Below, piece by piece: positions 1 to 11,500 of a stretch of DNA of 64,000 bases. How positions within the stretch are numbered: position 1 is the stretch's first letter; every line of letters begins with the position of its first letter. This DNA comes from Callorhinchus milii (taxonomy: Eukaryota): the NCBI RefSeq assembly GCF_018977255.1, contig NW_024704752.1, forward strand, positions 16,988,001 to 17,052,000, read 5' to 3'. Under the pieces are notes generated by a model that saw only the letters and a program-made list of their open reading frames with translations, was not told the origin of the DNA and did no database searches. The translations under genes were made by a program, and so were the position numbers.

Positions 1-774
1 CCCTCCATTTCTGGGCAAATCTGGGGGCACTGCAGATGGGGAAAAGCCACTTGCATTCCAGAATGTCTCTATTTAGTTTAGTGGAGTCGTAAATTTGGAC
101 CAGCCTACAAGCCATGTCAAAGCTGCGTGACCAAGCAATACTGCCTGGGTAATCCTTTGAATTAGCTGATTCAACAAGTGAAATTCTCAAAACATAATGT
201 AATATGTAGCACGGAAAACATCAAGACCAAAGGTCCTTTACCTTTACAGCAAGTATTCTGAGAGTGGGGTTGATGTGATTGCGTGCTTTTTTGCAGCTCT
301 AAAGCATCCAGATCATTATTGACATTTTTTAAAAAAAAACATAAGGAGAGCTCTAAATGTATTGCCCTTGACGTCTATTTTGTAGAATTCTAAATAAGTA
401 GGGAGAAATTCCACTTAGATCTAGATTTACTCTTTTAACATAACATTTCAGAGTGATCAGAATTTGTCAAACGCTTAAACACAGTCATCAAATTTGAAGC
501 CTTTTTAAGAACTACAAAAAATGGGCTTCAGATTTAAAATTGATTTTAATAATTTTGTCAAAATCAGCCCATGACTGCTTTGTTAATAGCGTAAATTGAG
601 ACCCAGGAGGAATATTACAACAACAACTTGCATTTATATAGTACGCTTCATGCAGAGTAGCGTCCCGGAGCGCTTACCCTAAAGATATGTGATAAATATT
701 TTGCGGGATATGTTGAGCTTAGTACGCATCTTTGGGTTGATGAAAAGGAATTGGAATTGGGTTTTCTTTTGCAG

Positions 775-1731
775 ATAAGAGAGATAAGGAAAGCAGTCAA
801 AGACTCTGACACCGGAGAAGAGAAAATTACAATTGGTCATCACATTCATGATCGCGGTCATGTTATTGAAAGATCCAAAAATGAAAAATCAGGGGTTTCG
901 GAAGTGAATCAGGAATTTGTCAACGTAGATGAAAGTAAGGTTTATTTGAAATAGACATTTTAAGTCCATTTTGAAAGATACAGCAGCATGTATGCCAGAG
1001 AAAAATAGTTTTTAATCTTTTACCAGGAGGAAAAAAAAGTCCTGTTTGTTTCTCTACTCATTGTAGTCAGTGTTACAGGACTGGTATTTCTTGTGCAAAT
1101 ATCTTCCATTGGACAGTATTTGTTTGGTGATAAACTAGTACAGGGCAGATACCTGAATGCTACCGTCAATTACTTGCTTTGGTGAATGTTTATGACTGTT
1201 ATGTGGAAGATCTCTATTTAAGATTGAGATTTTGCCTGCATTTTGTCAGTAACATTATTTTTGCGATTAAAAGATGAAGCAGATGCCTTTGATCAAGAAT
1301 GGGAAAGTGGGGTGGCAAATTGGAGGAGCAGTGGACTATTTGCACAACCTTCTCGCACTCGTGTAAATAAGGGCCTTGAACCTGGAGCAAAAAGGTAGAT
1401 TTTTTTACAAATTATTTTTCTCCTAAGCAAACCTGAATAATAATTTCATTAGAAATGCAAGAGTTCTATCGGCTACATGTGTCTCGACTCACTAACATTT
1501 GCCAATTAAAATTGTGATTTGTAAGAAATAAGACTGACACACGATGATTCATTTTTCAGGGAGAAGTCTCTTCCCCGAAGATCCCTTCAAGGGTTGAATA
1601 ATAACACGCGTGGGAATATGAGTGAGATGGTTCAGGGAAGCGCATGTGAACTGCAAAACAGAAACACGTGTGGGAAGCCACAGAGGAGCCAATGTGAGAG
1701 GGAACGTGGGAACACGCGGCCATCTTGCTAG
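775..1731 (+). CDS. MLF1: Myeloid leukemia factor 1, last three coding exons (5' part lies outside the window)
   Basis: Exons 775-934 (IREIRKAVKDSDTGEEKITIGHHIHDRGHVIERSKNEKSGVSEVNQEFVNVDE), 1274-1394 (EADAFDQEWES...) and 1560-1731 (stop TAG 1729-1731). AG/GT boundaries and phases are consistent. The IGHHIHDR.H and NQEF.N..E..A.AFD.EW motifs are MLF-family, and the gene lies upstream of GFM1 as in human. Confidence 0.9.
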
Positions 1732-2021
1732 AGAAAACTCGCGCCACTAGTTTTTCGTCACTGTTGAGTTCTTTTGTGCTTTCACGTTCTCGTTCCCGAT
1801 CCTGCAGAACTGTTTCTGCGTCCTGTATAACCTCTGGCTTTCGCTTCGCAATGAGAGCGCCTCTCCGTCACTAGGAGCCCGCTAACAAATGGTGGGAGAT
1901 ACTCGGTCATCGGCAAAGGCATTTCAAACGAGCACATTGTGTAGTGTGCGCGTGTGTTTTTTTTTATCGGTTACGGTGACGAGACTTGCTGTATGACTCA
2001 CAAGCCCACAAGAAGCCAGTG

Positions 2022-2027
2022 AATAAA
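2022..2027 (+). terminator. Candidate MLF1 polyadenylation signal
   Basis: AATAAA about 290 nt after the MLF1 stop, followed by GT-rich sequence. Confidence 0.5.
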
Positions 2028-2239
2028 ATCTTACCATTAACTGTGGTGATTGTGAATACCTTACCCTGACACAGCCCAACCCGCTGTGACTTACTGTCGT
2101 GCTCCGCAGATCACTCATCGGGAGCACTGATATTCTATATCAAATGCAAAGATTATATTATTATTATTATTATTATTATTTGTAAACACACCTGGGACAT
2201 TGACAAGGGAAGAGGATGGTGATGTCAGTGGTAGTGAGG

Positions 2240-2570
2240 GACAAATGAGGCCAGGGTCGAGTTATCCGGAGTTTGCGGTAAGTTGCCCTCCGGCCTGCGG
2301 GGGGCGGTGTGCGCGGAGTCCGGCAGATGCTGGTGATCGTCTTGCCGGCGGCCGGAAGTGCGTGGCCCTGACCTTCCCCGAGTCTCCTGGCGACGGAACC
2401 GGCGCGAGTCTGAGCCCCGGAGCCGCGGCCGTCAGCGTGTCACGGTCTGCGGGAACATGCACCTCTTCAAAGGGGCCGCGCTGCTGACCGGCAACCCAGC
2501 CGCTCCCTTCAGCATCAGGCAGGTAAGGGACACCCCCCCCCCGGCCCGCGGGCCAACCAACCGTTAGCCG
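2240..2570 (+). promoter_or_regulatory. GFM1 CpG-island promoter with ETS/GABP site and GC box
   Basis: CpG-rich segment around exon 1, CCGGAAGTG at 2352-2360 and GGGGCGG near 2302. This is typical of nuclear-encoded mitochondrial housekeeping genes. Confidence 0.7.
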
Positions 2571-5500
2571 CAGAGCCCAGGCCTACACTGGGGGAGAGGG
2601 GAGAGAGAGGGAGAGCCTGTGTGTGTGTGTGTGTGTTACTGTGTGTGTGTGACTGTCTGTGTGTGACTGTGTGTGTGTGTGTGTGTGTTACTGTGTGTGT
2701 GTGTGACTGTCTGTGTGNNNNNNNNNNNNNNNNNNNNNNNNNNNNNNNNNNNNNNNNNNNNNNNNNNNNNNNNNNNNNNNNNNNNNNNNNNNNNNNNNNN
2801 NNNNNNNNNNNNNNNNNNNNNNNNNNNNNNNNNNNNNNNNNNNNNNNNNNNNNNNNNNNNNNNNNNNNNNNNNNNNNNNNNNNNNNNNNNNNNNNNNNNN
2901 NNNNNNNNNNNNNNNNAAGCTCTGCTCGTGCTGTTGCTGCCACGAAATAAAAGAAAACTCTCTGGCTCTCAGCAACTCCAGGTAAGGAGCAGGAGGAGGC
3001 CATTCAGACCATCCATCCTGGGTGAGATGAGATGGGGGGAGGGGGGGAGCTGGCTGAGGGGCTCTGGTTGGCGGGGTGTGGGGTGGGGGGAGCTGGCTGG
3101 GGCACACTGGTTGGTGGGGGGAGCTGGCTGGGGGGCGCTGGTTGGCGGGGGTGTGGGGAGCTGGCTGGGGGGGTTGTGGGGTGGGGGGAGCTGGCTGGGT
3201 GGCTCTGGTTGGCGGGGGTGTGGGGTGGGGGGAGCTGGCTGGGTGGCTCTGGTTGGTGGGGGTGGGGGTGGGGGAGCTGGCTGGGTGGCTCTGGTTGGCG
3301 GGGGTGTGGGGTGGGGGGAGCTGGCTGGGGGCTCTGGTTGGCGGGGGTGTGGGTGGGGGAGCTGGCTGAGGGGCTCTGGTTGGCGGGGTGTGGGGTGGGG
3401 GAGCTGGCTGAGGGGCTCTGGTTGGTGGGGGTGTGGGGTGGGGGAGCTGGCTGAGGGGCTCTGGTTGGCGGGGGTGTGGGGTGGGGGAGCTGGCTGAGGG
3501 GCTCTGGTTGGCGGGGATAGGGTTGTGGGGGGAGCTGGCGGTGGGAGGGGGGTTGCAGAGTTGAGCTGAATTTACTGTTTCAGGTCTTAAATCCTTATAA
3601 CCAGCAAGTCATGTGGTTCAGAGCAGATGTGAAATAACTGCGAGGAACATCTTATAAAGGCAAAATGTCTGTCTGTCCACCAAGAACACAATAACCAATT
3701 GACGTAGAGACATGATTTATAATCTAATATAAATTATAATAACACTGAAATCTACATTCCATGTTGGAGAAACTGAATGCAATTTCTTCAATATTTTCTT
3801 ACAGATCCTGATAAACGGCTGTCGACGATGTTCTTCTGGAATATTACCTAATGAGAGGATTCGGAATATAGGAATCTCTGCACATATAGACTCTGGGAAA
3901 ACCACGCTTACAGAAAGAATATTGTACTATACTGGAAGAATAACACAAATGCACGAGGTTCGTTGTGTATGGGGGTGTGGGAGGGGAGACAGCGAAAGTT
4001 TGTTATGTATAAAGTGAATTTGATGGATATCCAGAAAGGTTAATCAACACAACATTATCTCTTGAAAAGTTGATCCCTGTACGTTGTCTTCTGTTCTTGA
4101 AGTTTTATTTCCAATCGACAGGTGAAAGGAAAAGATGGAGTGGGTGCCATTATGGACTCAATGGAACTAGAACGACAGAGAGGCATCACTATCCAGTCTG
4201 CAGCCACGTACACTGAATGGAAGGAAAACAATATTAATATCATTGACACCCCAGGTAATGATCGAAACCAGGTTTAAGACTCACAAAATGCCTGAGATGA
4301 ACTAATAGCATCATTTGAACTGACCTGAAGGCAGCAGCTCATATTGAGGGCGATAACTTTCCCAAAAAGCCATTCTTGTGTGAATTCGTTGGTTGTTGCT
4401 GAAACTGATTTAGTTGTCTCTCAGCAGAAATTTGTTTTGGTATTTACAGAAGTAACAACGTGTATCTGTCATTAATATTTTCCTGCTTGTGTTTTTGTTT
4501 GCTTATTGGAACATCAACTATATCTTGCATGTCTCCCTCCCTGTTGCTTGAATTATGTTCATTGAAAGTTAGACATGTTTGTGAATCTATGTGTTTACTA
4601 TTTATCCAGGTCATGTGGATTTCACAATAGAAGTCGAGCGTTCCCTGAGAGTCTTAGATGGAGCTGTTTTGGTTTTGTGCTCAGTTGGCGGAGTTCAGTG
4701 TCAGACAATGACAGTGACCAGACAGATGAAGCGCTACAATGTGCCATTTCTTACATTCATAAACAAACTAGACAGGCTGGGAGCTAACCCTAACCGAGCT
4801 CTTCAACAATTAAGGTTTGTGGTGACTTCTGGACTTACTTGGTTAAGAATTCTGTACGCATATCTTTGACAAATGGTGCTTCAATCTATATTTACTGCGA
4901 TGAGGTATTTATGTCCCTCGTGTTTTTCCTCCGTACCCTCTGTTCCACCATTGGTGGCCGCGCTTTCAGCCACCACGCCCCAAAACTCTGGAACACTCTT
5001 CCTCTATCTCTCTGCCTTGCCCCTCCGTTCCCCATCTTCAGGCCGCATCTGAAGACTTCCTCTTCCACCGTGCCTACAGTCACCTCCCCCAACCCTTCCG
5101 GCTCAGTATCGTGTTCCACCACTGTCAAGTGCTCTGGGAGGTTACCCTGCGTGAGGGGCGCTATATAAATGCAAGTTGTTGTTATGTGAATGCTGATAAA
5201 ATCCATGTTTCAGGAATCAGACTGAACTGTGTTGGCACTTACCCTTCTATGACAATAGCCATCACATCACCATCACAAAGCGCCTGGAAGATGTGATAAG
5301 GCGATATATCAAATGCAAGGATTATTATGAATTTGGGCAGTCAAAATGTAGCTTTGGGGGACATAAGATTAACCTTAATACAGGATTAATTTGACAGACC
5401 TACCCACTCAAAACAGAACCTGTCACACAGGCAGGAGGGAATGGACAAAGTGGTGTAGTTGAGTGCAGTTGCTGAAACTTTTTTCTGTGGGTAGGAAGGG

Positions 5501-8500
5501 ACGCTCAGTGTGAGTGATGATGAGTTAAAAGGTCGAATCATGTCCAATACAAAGTGTGTTTGGCTTGACAGAAAGTTCTCCAAGTAATGAAAATATCTAG
5601 TGGTCCAATATAACTATTCTGGTACAGTATGTAATCTGTGTAGACTGCTGGATTTGAAGCTGAAATTTTAGCTTTGTTTTTGAAATTGAATTCAGTATGT
5701 AAAATGTACGGCTGCATTATGCAGCAACTTTGTAAATGCTTGTGCACATCTTAGTTTCTGCCATTGGAGGGCAGACTAAGACCTGCATAGTGTATTATGA
5801 AAAAATGCAACTGCACAACAAGGGAGTGATTCTAAGTACAAGATGATAAACGATTTGAATTTTATTTAAAAATGCTTTTGATCGATTTTCTCAGAATCAA
5901 ATGTTCTATGCCTTTATTGCTGCAGATCAAAGCTGAACCACAACACGGCTTACATTCAAATTCCAATTGGTTTGGAAGGAAATGTTAAAGGAATTGTTGA
6001 TCTCATTGAGGAGCGGGCTATTTATTTTGAAGGCCAGTTTGGGTAAGCAGCATTATTCAAACGTGTCAAGGATCTTCCTGCTGATCTCCATACACAGACT
6101 TTGAGCACCTTTGGACGTCCTCCTGACGTGAAAGGCGCTATGCAAATGTAATTTGTTGTTGCTGTTTGAAGAGTTGAGAAATCTAGCACAGGATAAATGC
6201 AAGAACATTCCAAGCTGTAATATTTATTATGAGAATGAAAACTCCCAATTCGTAGACCAGATTAATAACGTGTATCTTACCAATTCTTTTTACATCTGTT
6301 ATGAGTATTCAACAAATTCCCCTTTTCTGGTTTCCATTTCTAAACTTTATTGTACAAATTAGAAGGTTTGATTTTTAATTCAATAACAGTTGAGATAAAA
6401 CAACAGAGATAAAATAATGTGAACAACCTCTTTAATTGCTTGAGATCATATTAAGACCTTTAACGCACTATTTTAGGTTTTAATGTGGAATTTTCTCCAT
6501 GGCTGTGTTACATTAGTCATTGGGGTTTAGAAACCCTTTCTGAATTCTACTTGAGTCAAATTATTTACCCTTCTGGATTATAGCACTGATGTAATACTTT
6601 ACCTGCTCTTATCTTGAAGACGTCAATGTAAAATAAAACTGAGTGAGAAAGAATTTAATTTGTTATCACGGAATTGAGAGAATATTCTTCAGCTGGTTTG
6701 TTTCTTCAATTCAAAATATATTGTGTAATTGGAAATATTTAGAAAATAAATGATCTCCTTCAGTCAGGATGTGAAGTATGACGATATTCCTGCTGAGCTT
6801 CGGGCAGAGGCTGCAGAACGACGCCAGGAGCTGGTAGAATGTGTTGCAAATGTGGATGAACGGCTGGGGGAGCTGTTTCTGGAAGAGAAAATCCCTACAG
6901 TAGCTGACCTGAAGGTGTGTGTTTATTCCAAGAGTTCTGTTCCACCAATAGGATTTAATTTCTATGGTACTCCAGTTTGCTGTTCTGAAGATGTAAATAG
7001 GATAACTATTAATGTTAGTGACTCCAAGTCTCTGACGTATAATATGATTTACATACAGTAACTTTGTGACTGGATAGTTTAAAGCTGGACCTAACTTCTT
7101 TTTTTATGTTGGATTCTGTATATTTTCCATTCTTCCAAGTGAAGCAAAATTGATGGGTGGGTTATCTTCTTTGTCGTGTATTGTTTTGACTGAAACAGAT
7201 TTTTCCACTAGAAAGCTGTTTTGTTAAGATAAATCGACTGTATGAGTTGATTTTAAGGTAATTATTTTTCTTCTAGACTGCTATAAGGAGAACAACTATC
7301 AGCAGGTTGTTCTCACCTGTATTAGTAGGAAGTGCACTGAAAAACAAAGGAGTACAGCCGTTGCTCGATGCTGTTTTGGACTATTTACCAAACCCAAGTG
7401 AAGTCTCAAATTATGCTCTAAGTAATCACGAGTAAGTGTTTTATTTCTATCATTATTACTCCGAATTAGACTATTGAGGCAGTAAGTTAATGTAATTAAC
7501 TGAACGTTGTCTTTTTGAGCACATCCTTTCTGTTTTGGCTCTCAGTGGTATAAAGGAATACATTTTAAAAAATCTCAAAACTTTCACAATTAAATATTGG
7601 CTGGGATACTCATTCAAGAAACGTCTACCAGATGGTGAGAATATGATGTGGTTTGATATTGTAAGAATGTGATCAAATAAGTCAAAAGACATTCAAGTTT
7701 GCAAGTTTAGAGAATTATTTGTGAAATTCTTTTTTGTGCCGTTCTGTACAAGTGTCCCATCATCCTTGATTTATTTTATTTGTTAAAAAAAACCTCTCAG
7801 TAAAATGAGGAGCTTGTGGATTTTTTTTGTGATTGCCAGTCTAATATCTAAAGTCTAATGAGATTTTTCTTGTAATAACTGAGCATAGTAAGCGTTTTGC
7901 AGTTTAAAAAAACATTTGGGTTTATGTTTTACATGAATCGTCTTTATAATAATAATAATAATCCTTGCATTTAATATTGCTTCACAGAATATACTGTAAG
8001 TGAATTGACTGTATATTTTGGATCTAGAACCCACCAAAATGTGTTCTTTGTGTTATTTATCTTAGGAGTTCTGAAGGTGTAAACAGACTTGTTATGGACT
8101 CCACAAGAGGTGGCTCTCAACCCTTTGTTGGCCTAGCCTTTAAACTGGAGGTACTTCTGTATTTGTGCAAATATAATCGACTTGTGCATAGATTTTACAC
8201 GTGAAAATCCAGGAAGCATCTTAAGGATGGCTTGTTGAATTATAATGCTGAGTTGACCTCTCCCCATCCACTCCTAAATGTGCTATGCATCTCTCAAAGA
8301 CCTGGCTTTGTCTGACAATGTTGTTGTGTTAATGTAGAATAAGCTGTTCTTTTAAGCTGAGTGGTTGGGTGTTCAGCCGACAGTGGGCTGGCAACTCCAG
8401 TGGAAAAGCACCGTCCGTTGGTTATTGTGGGAGTGATCTAACACTTTGAATTGCAGTTGTTTTTTTTTGCATGTTAGGGCACGATGCCAGCATTTGAGTG

Positions 8501-11500
8501 GGTTGCGACATCTGAATGTCCTGAGATTTCCGATGTAATCTGTCTTAAATTTTTAAAAAACAAGGGCAGCATTTCTTTGCAGCTCAGCTGACTCTGTGAA
8601 GTTATTTGTTAATTTGCACTTACTATAATACCACATTAAGAATAGAATGCACACCACTGTGTCCTTCTATGACTTATTAATAAATATTTGATCAGCAGTA
8701 TTTTGAAATCAGTGAGAATAGTGGTAAAAGGATGTGCCCTTTGCTCATTGTTCTTCCTTTGATTTGCTCAGGCTGGCCGATTTGGACAGTTAACGTACAT
8801 TCGAGTGTATCAGGGTATGCTTAAAAAGAGTGAATATATCTACAACACACGAACTGCAAAGAGGATCAGAGTCCAGCGTTTAGTCCGAATGCATGCTGAT
8901 CAGATGGAGGTACAGCTTCTAGCTGATCGCACTTCATATTTTTCTTCCCCCTCCCGCCCGCTGCCCACATTTTGGTAGATGGGATCTTTTTGTCTTATAA
9001 TCAGTCCGTCCAACTCCAAATGTACATTTGTTTTATGATTGAGTCATTTCTGGACGAAATGCGAACCCGACATAAAAGAGGCAAAAAAGCAAAATGAATT
9101 GTGTTGTTGTTTTGCCAAACAGCTTTGCTTCGTGTGTAAAGGTGATCCTAAACATTCCGTTCTTGCTCTCCTTGGCCTTATTTTGAATGAAGTCTCTCCA
9201 CAGACTTCTCTTCCCTGCTCTCCTCACTCAACCTTTCCCTACACATAAACTCCCCCACTCACAGTCACGGCCACCCACTCGATTTGGTGATCACCCGGGG
9301 CCTCAGTGTCTCGGATGTCACTATTACCGACAAGGCCATCTCCGACCACTACTTCATCTCCTTCACCACCTCCACCCCCCTCCCCACCTCCACCAGACCC
9401 ACCACCATCTTCTACCGCCCTTGGAAGAAGTTACCCCCACAATCCCTAACCGATGCCTTGGAGTCCTCTGAACTCCTCTCCCTCTGGCCTTCAACCCTCA
9501 CCGACCCCTCTTCTCCTCTCTCCCTCCTCCACAATATCCTCTCCTCCACACTCAATACTCTTGCCCCCATCACTTCCCGCACTGTCTCCTACTCCCGCTC
9601 CTCCCCCTGGTACACCACCCACCTCCGCTCACTGAAATGCCAGGTGCGGGCTGCTGAGCGCACCTTTGTCAAATCCGGCTTAACGGTCCACCGACAAATC
9701 TGGCTGGACCTCCTCAAAATTTACCGCTCCACTCTAGCCTCGGCCAAGTCGTCCTTCTACTCCAGGATAATCCTGGAGGCGAAGAACAACCCCAGGCTAC
9801 TGTTTTCCACCACATCCCGACTCCTCCGTCCCCCCCGCCACCCCGCGCAGGTCATCTCCTCCAACCTTCACTGCGAGGAGATGCTGGATTTCCTTGAATC
9901 CAAGATCAAGGGAATCCGCTCCGCGGTCACTTCCCCTCCAACTTCCACCCACCACCCACCCCTTCCCTCCCACACTCCGACTCCTACCCATCCTCCCCTA
10001 CACACCTTCGTACCCGTTTCCCCACCCTCTGTCACTGAACTCATCCTATCCCTAAAACCAACCACCTGCTCCCTTGACCCCATCCCCACTCCACTCCTTA
10101 TCTCCCAGCTCCATTTTCTTGCCCCACACATCACTGACATCATAAACCTGTCCCTCTCCTCTGGCTCTGTCCCCATTCCATTAAAAACTGCCATCATCAC
10201 GCCCACCCTGAAAAAACCCTCCCTTGATGCGTCGCAGCTATCAAGCTACCGGCCCATCTCCAACCTCCCCTTTCTCTCCAAGGTCTTGGAAAGAGTTGTC
10301 GCCTCCCAACTGCGCTCTTTCCTCTCCACCCATTCTCTTTTTGAACCCCTTCAGTCAGGTTTCCGTGCTGCTCATAGCACAGAAACTGCCCTGGTCAAGG
10401 TCACCAATGATATCCTGACCATCTGTGACCAGGGCTCCCTCTGTCTCCTCGTCCTCCTCGACCTATCGGCAGCATTCGATACGGTCGACCACACTATCCT
10501 ACTCCACCGCTTGTCCTCCCACCTCAACCTTCAAGGCACTGTCCTTGAATGGTTTAGGTCGTACCTTTCTCACCGTCTTCACTTCGTCTCAACGAATGGC
10601 TTCTCCTCCACCCCCCGTACTGTCTCATGTGGTGTCCCTCAGGGCTCTGTCCTCGGTCCCCTCCTCTTCACCCTCTATATGCTCCCCCTTGGTGACATCA
10701 TCCGCAAACATGGGGTTAACTTCCACATGTATGCGGATGACACCCAACTCTACCTTTCCTCCTCTACTCTCAACTCCACGACCACCGATGTCCTGACAGC
10801 CTGCCTGTCCGACATCGAGTCCTGGACGAGAGACAACTTTCTTCAGCTCAACGTGCAAAAAACCGAGGCCCTCCTGATTGGCTCACGTCAGCGCCTCCGC
10901 ACCTCAGGCGCTGACACCATCAGCATCCAAGGCTGCACTCTCCACCTCTCAAAGCCAGTCAGGAACCTCGGCGTTTTGTTCGACCCTGAGCTGTCCTTTC
11001 TCCCTCACATCCGCACCACAACTGGCACCGCCTTCCATCACCTCCGGAATATCGCCAGATTACGGCACTACCTCACCCCTCACGCTGCTGAAACCCTGGT
11101 TCACGCCTTTGTCACCTCAAGGCTGGACTATGGGAACTCTCTCCTCGCCGGCCTTCCCGGCACCTCCCTCCACAAGCTGCAGGTCATTCAGAACTCTGCA
11201 GCTCGTGTACTGTCCCGCACCAGGCTTCGGGACCACATCACTCCCACCCTCGCTCGCCTCCACTGGCTCCCCATCCCCCAGAGGATTGATTTCAAGATCC
11301 TCATCCTCACCTACAAGGCCATTCACGGCCTTGCTCCCTCCTACCTCTCCAACCTACTATCCCCCTACCTACCTGCCCGTACCCTCCGTTCCTCTGGCTC
11401 CGGTCTGCTCCACGTCCCCCGCCCCAACCGCCCTACTATCGGTGGTCGGGCCTTCAGCCTCTCAGCCCCGAGGCTCTGGAACTCCATCCCCCAGTGCCTT

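Noticed and set aside
2515-3497. ORFs spanning the N gap and the G-rich repeat
   Set aside because: Composed of X residues and low-complexity repeat translation.
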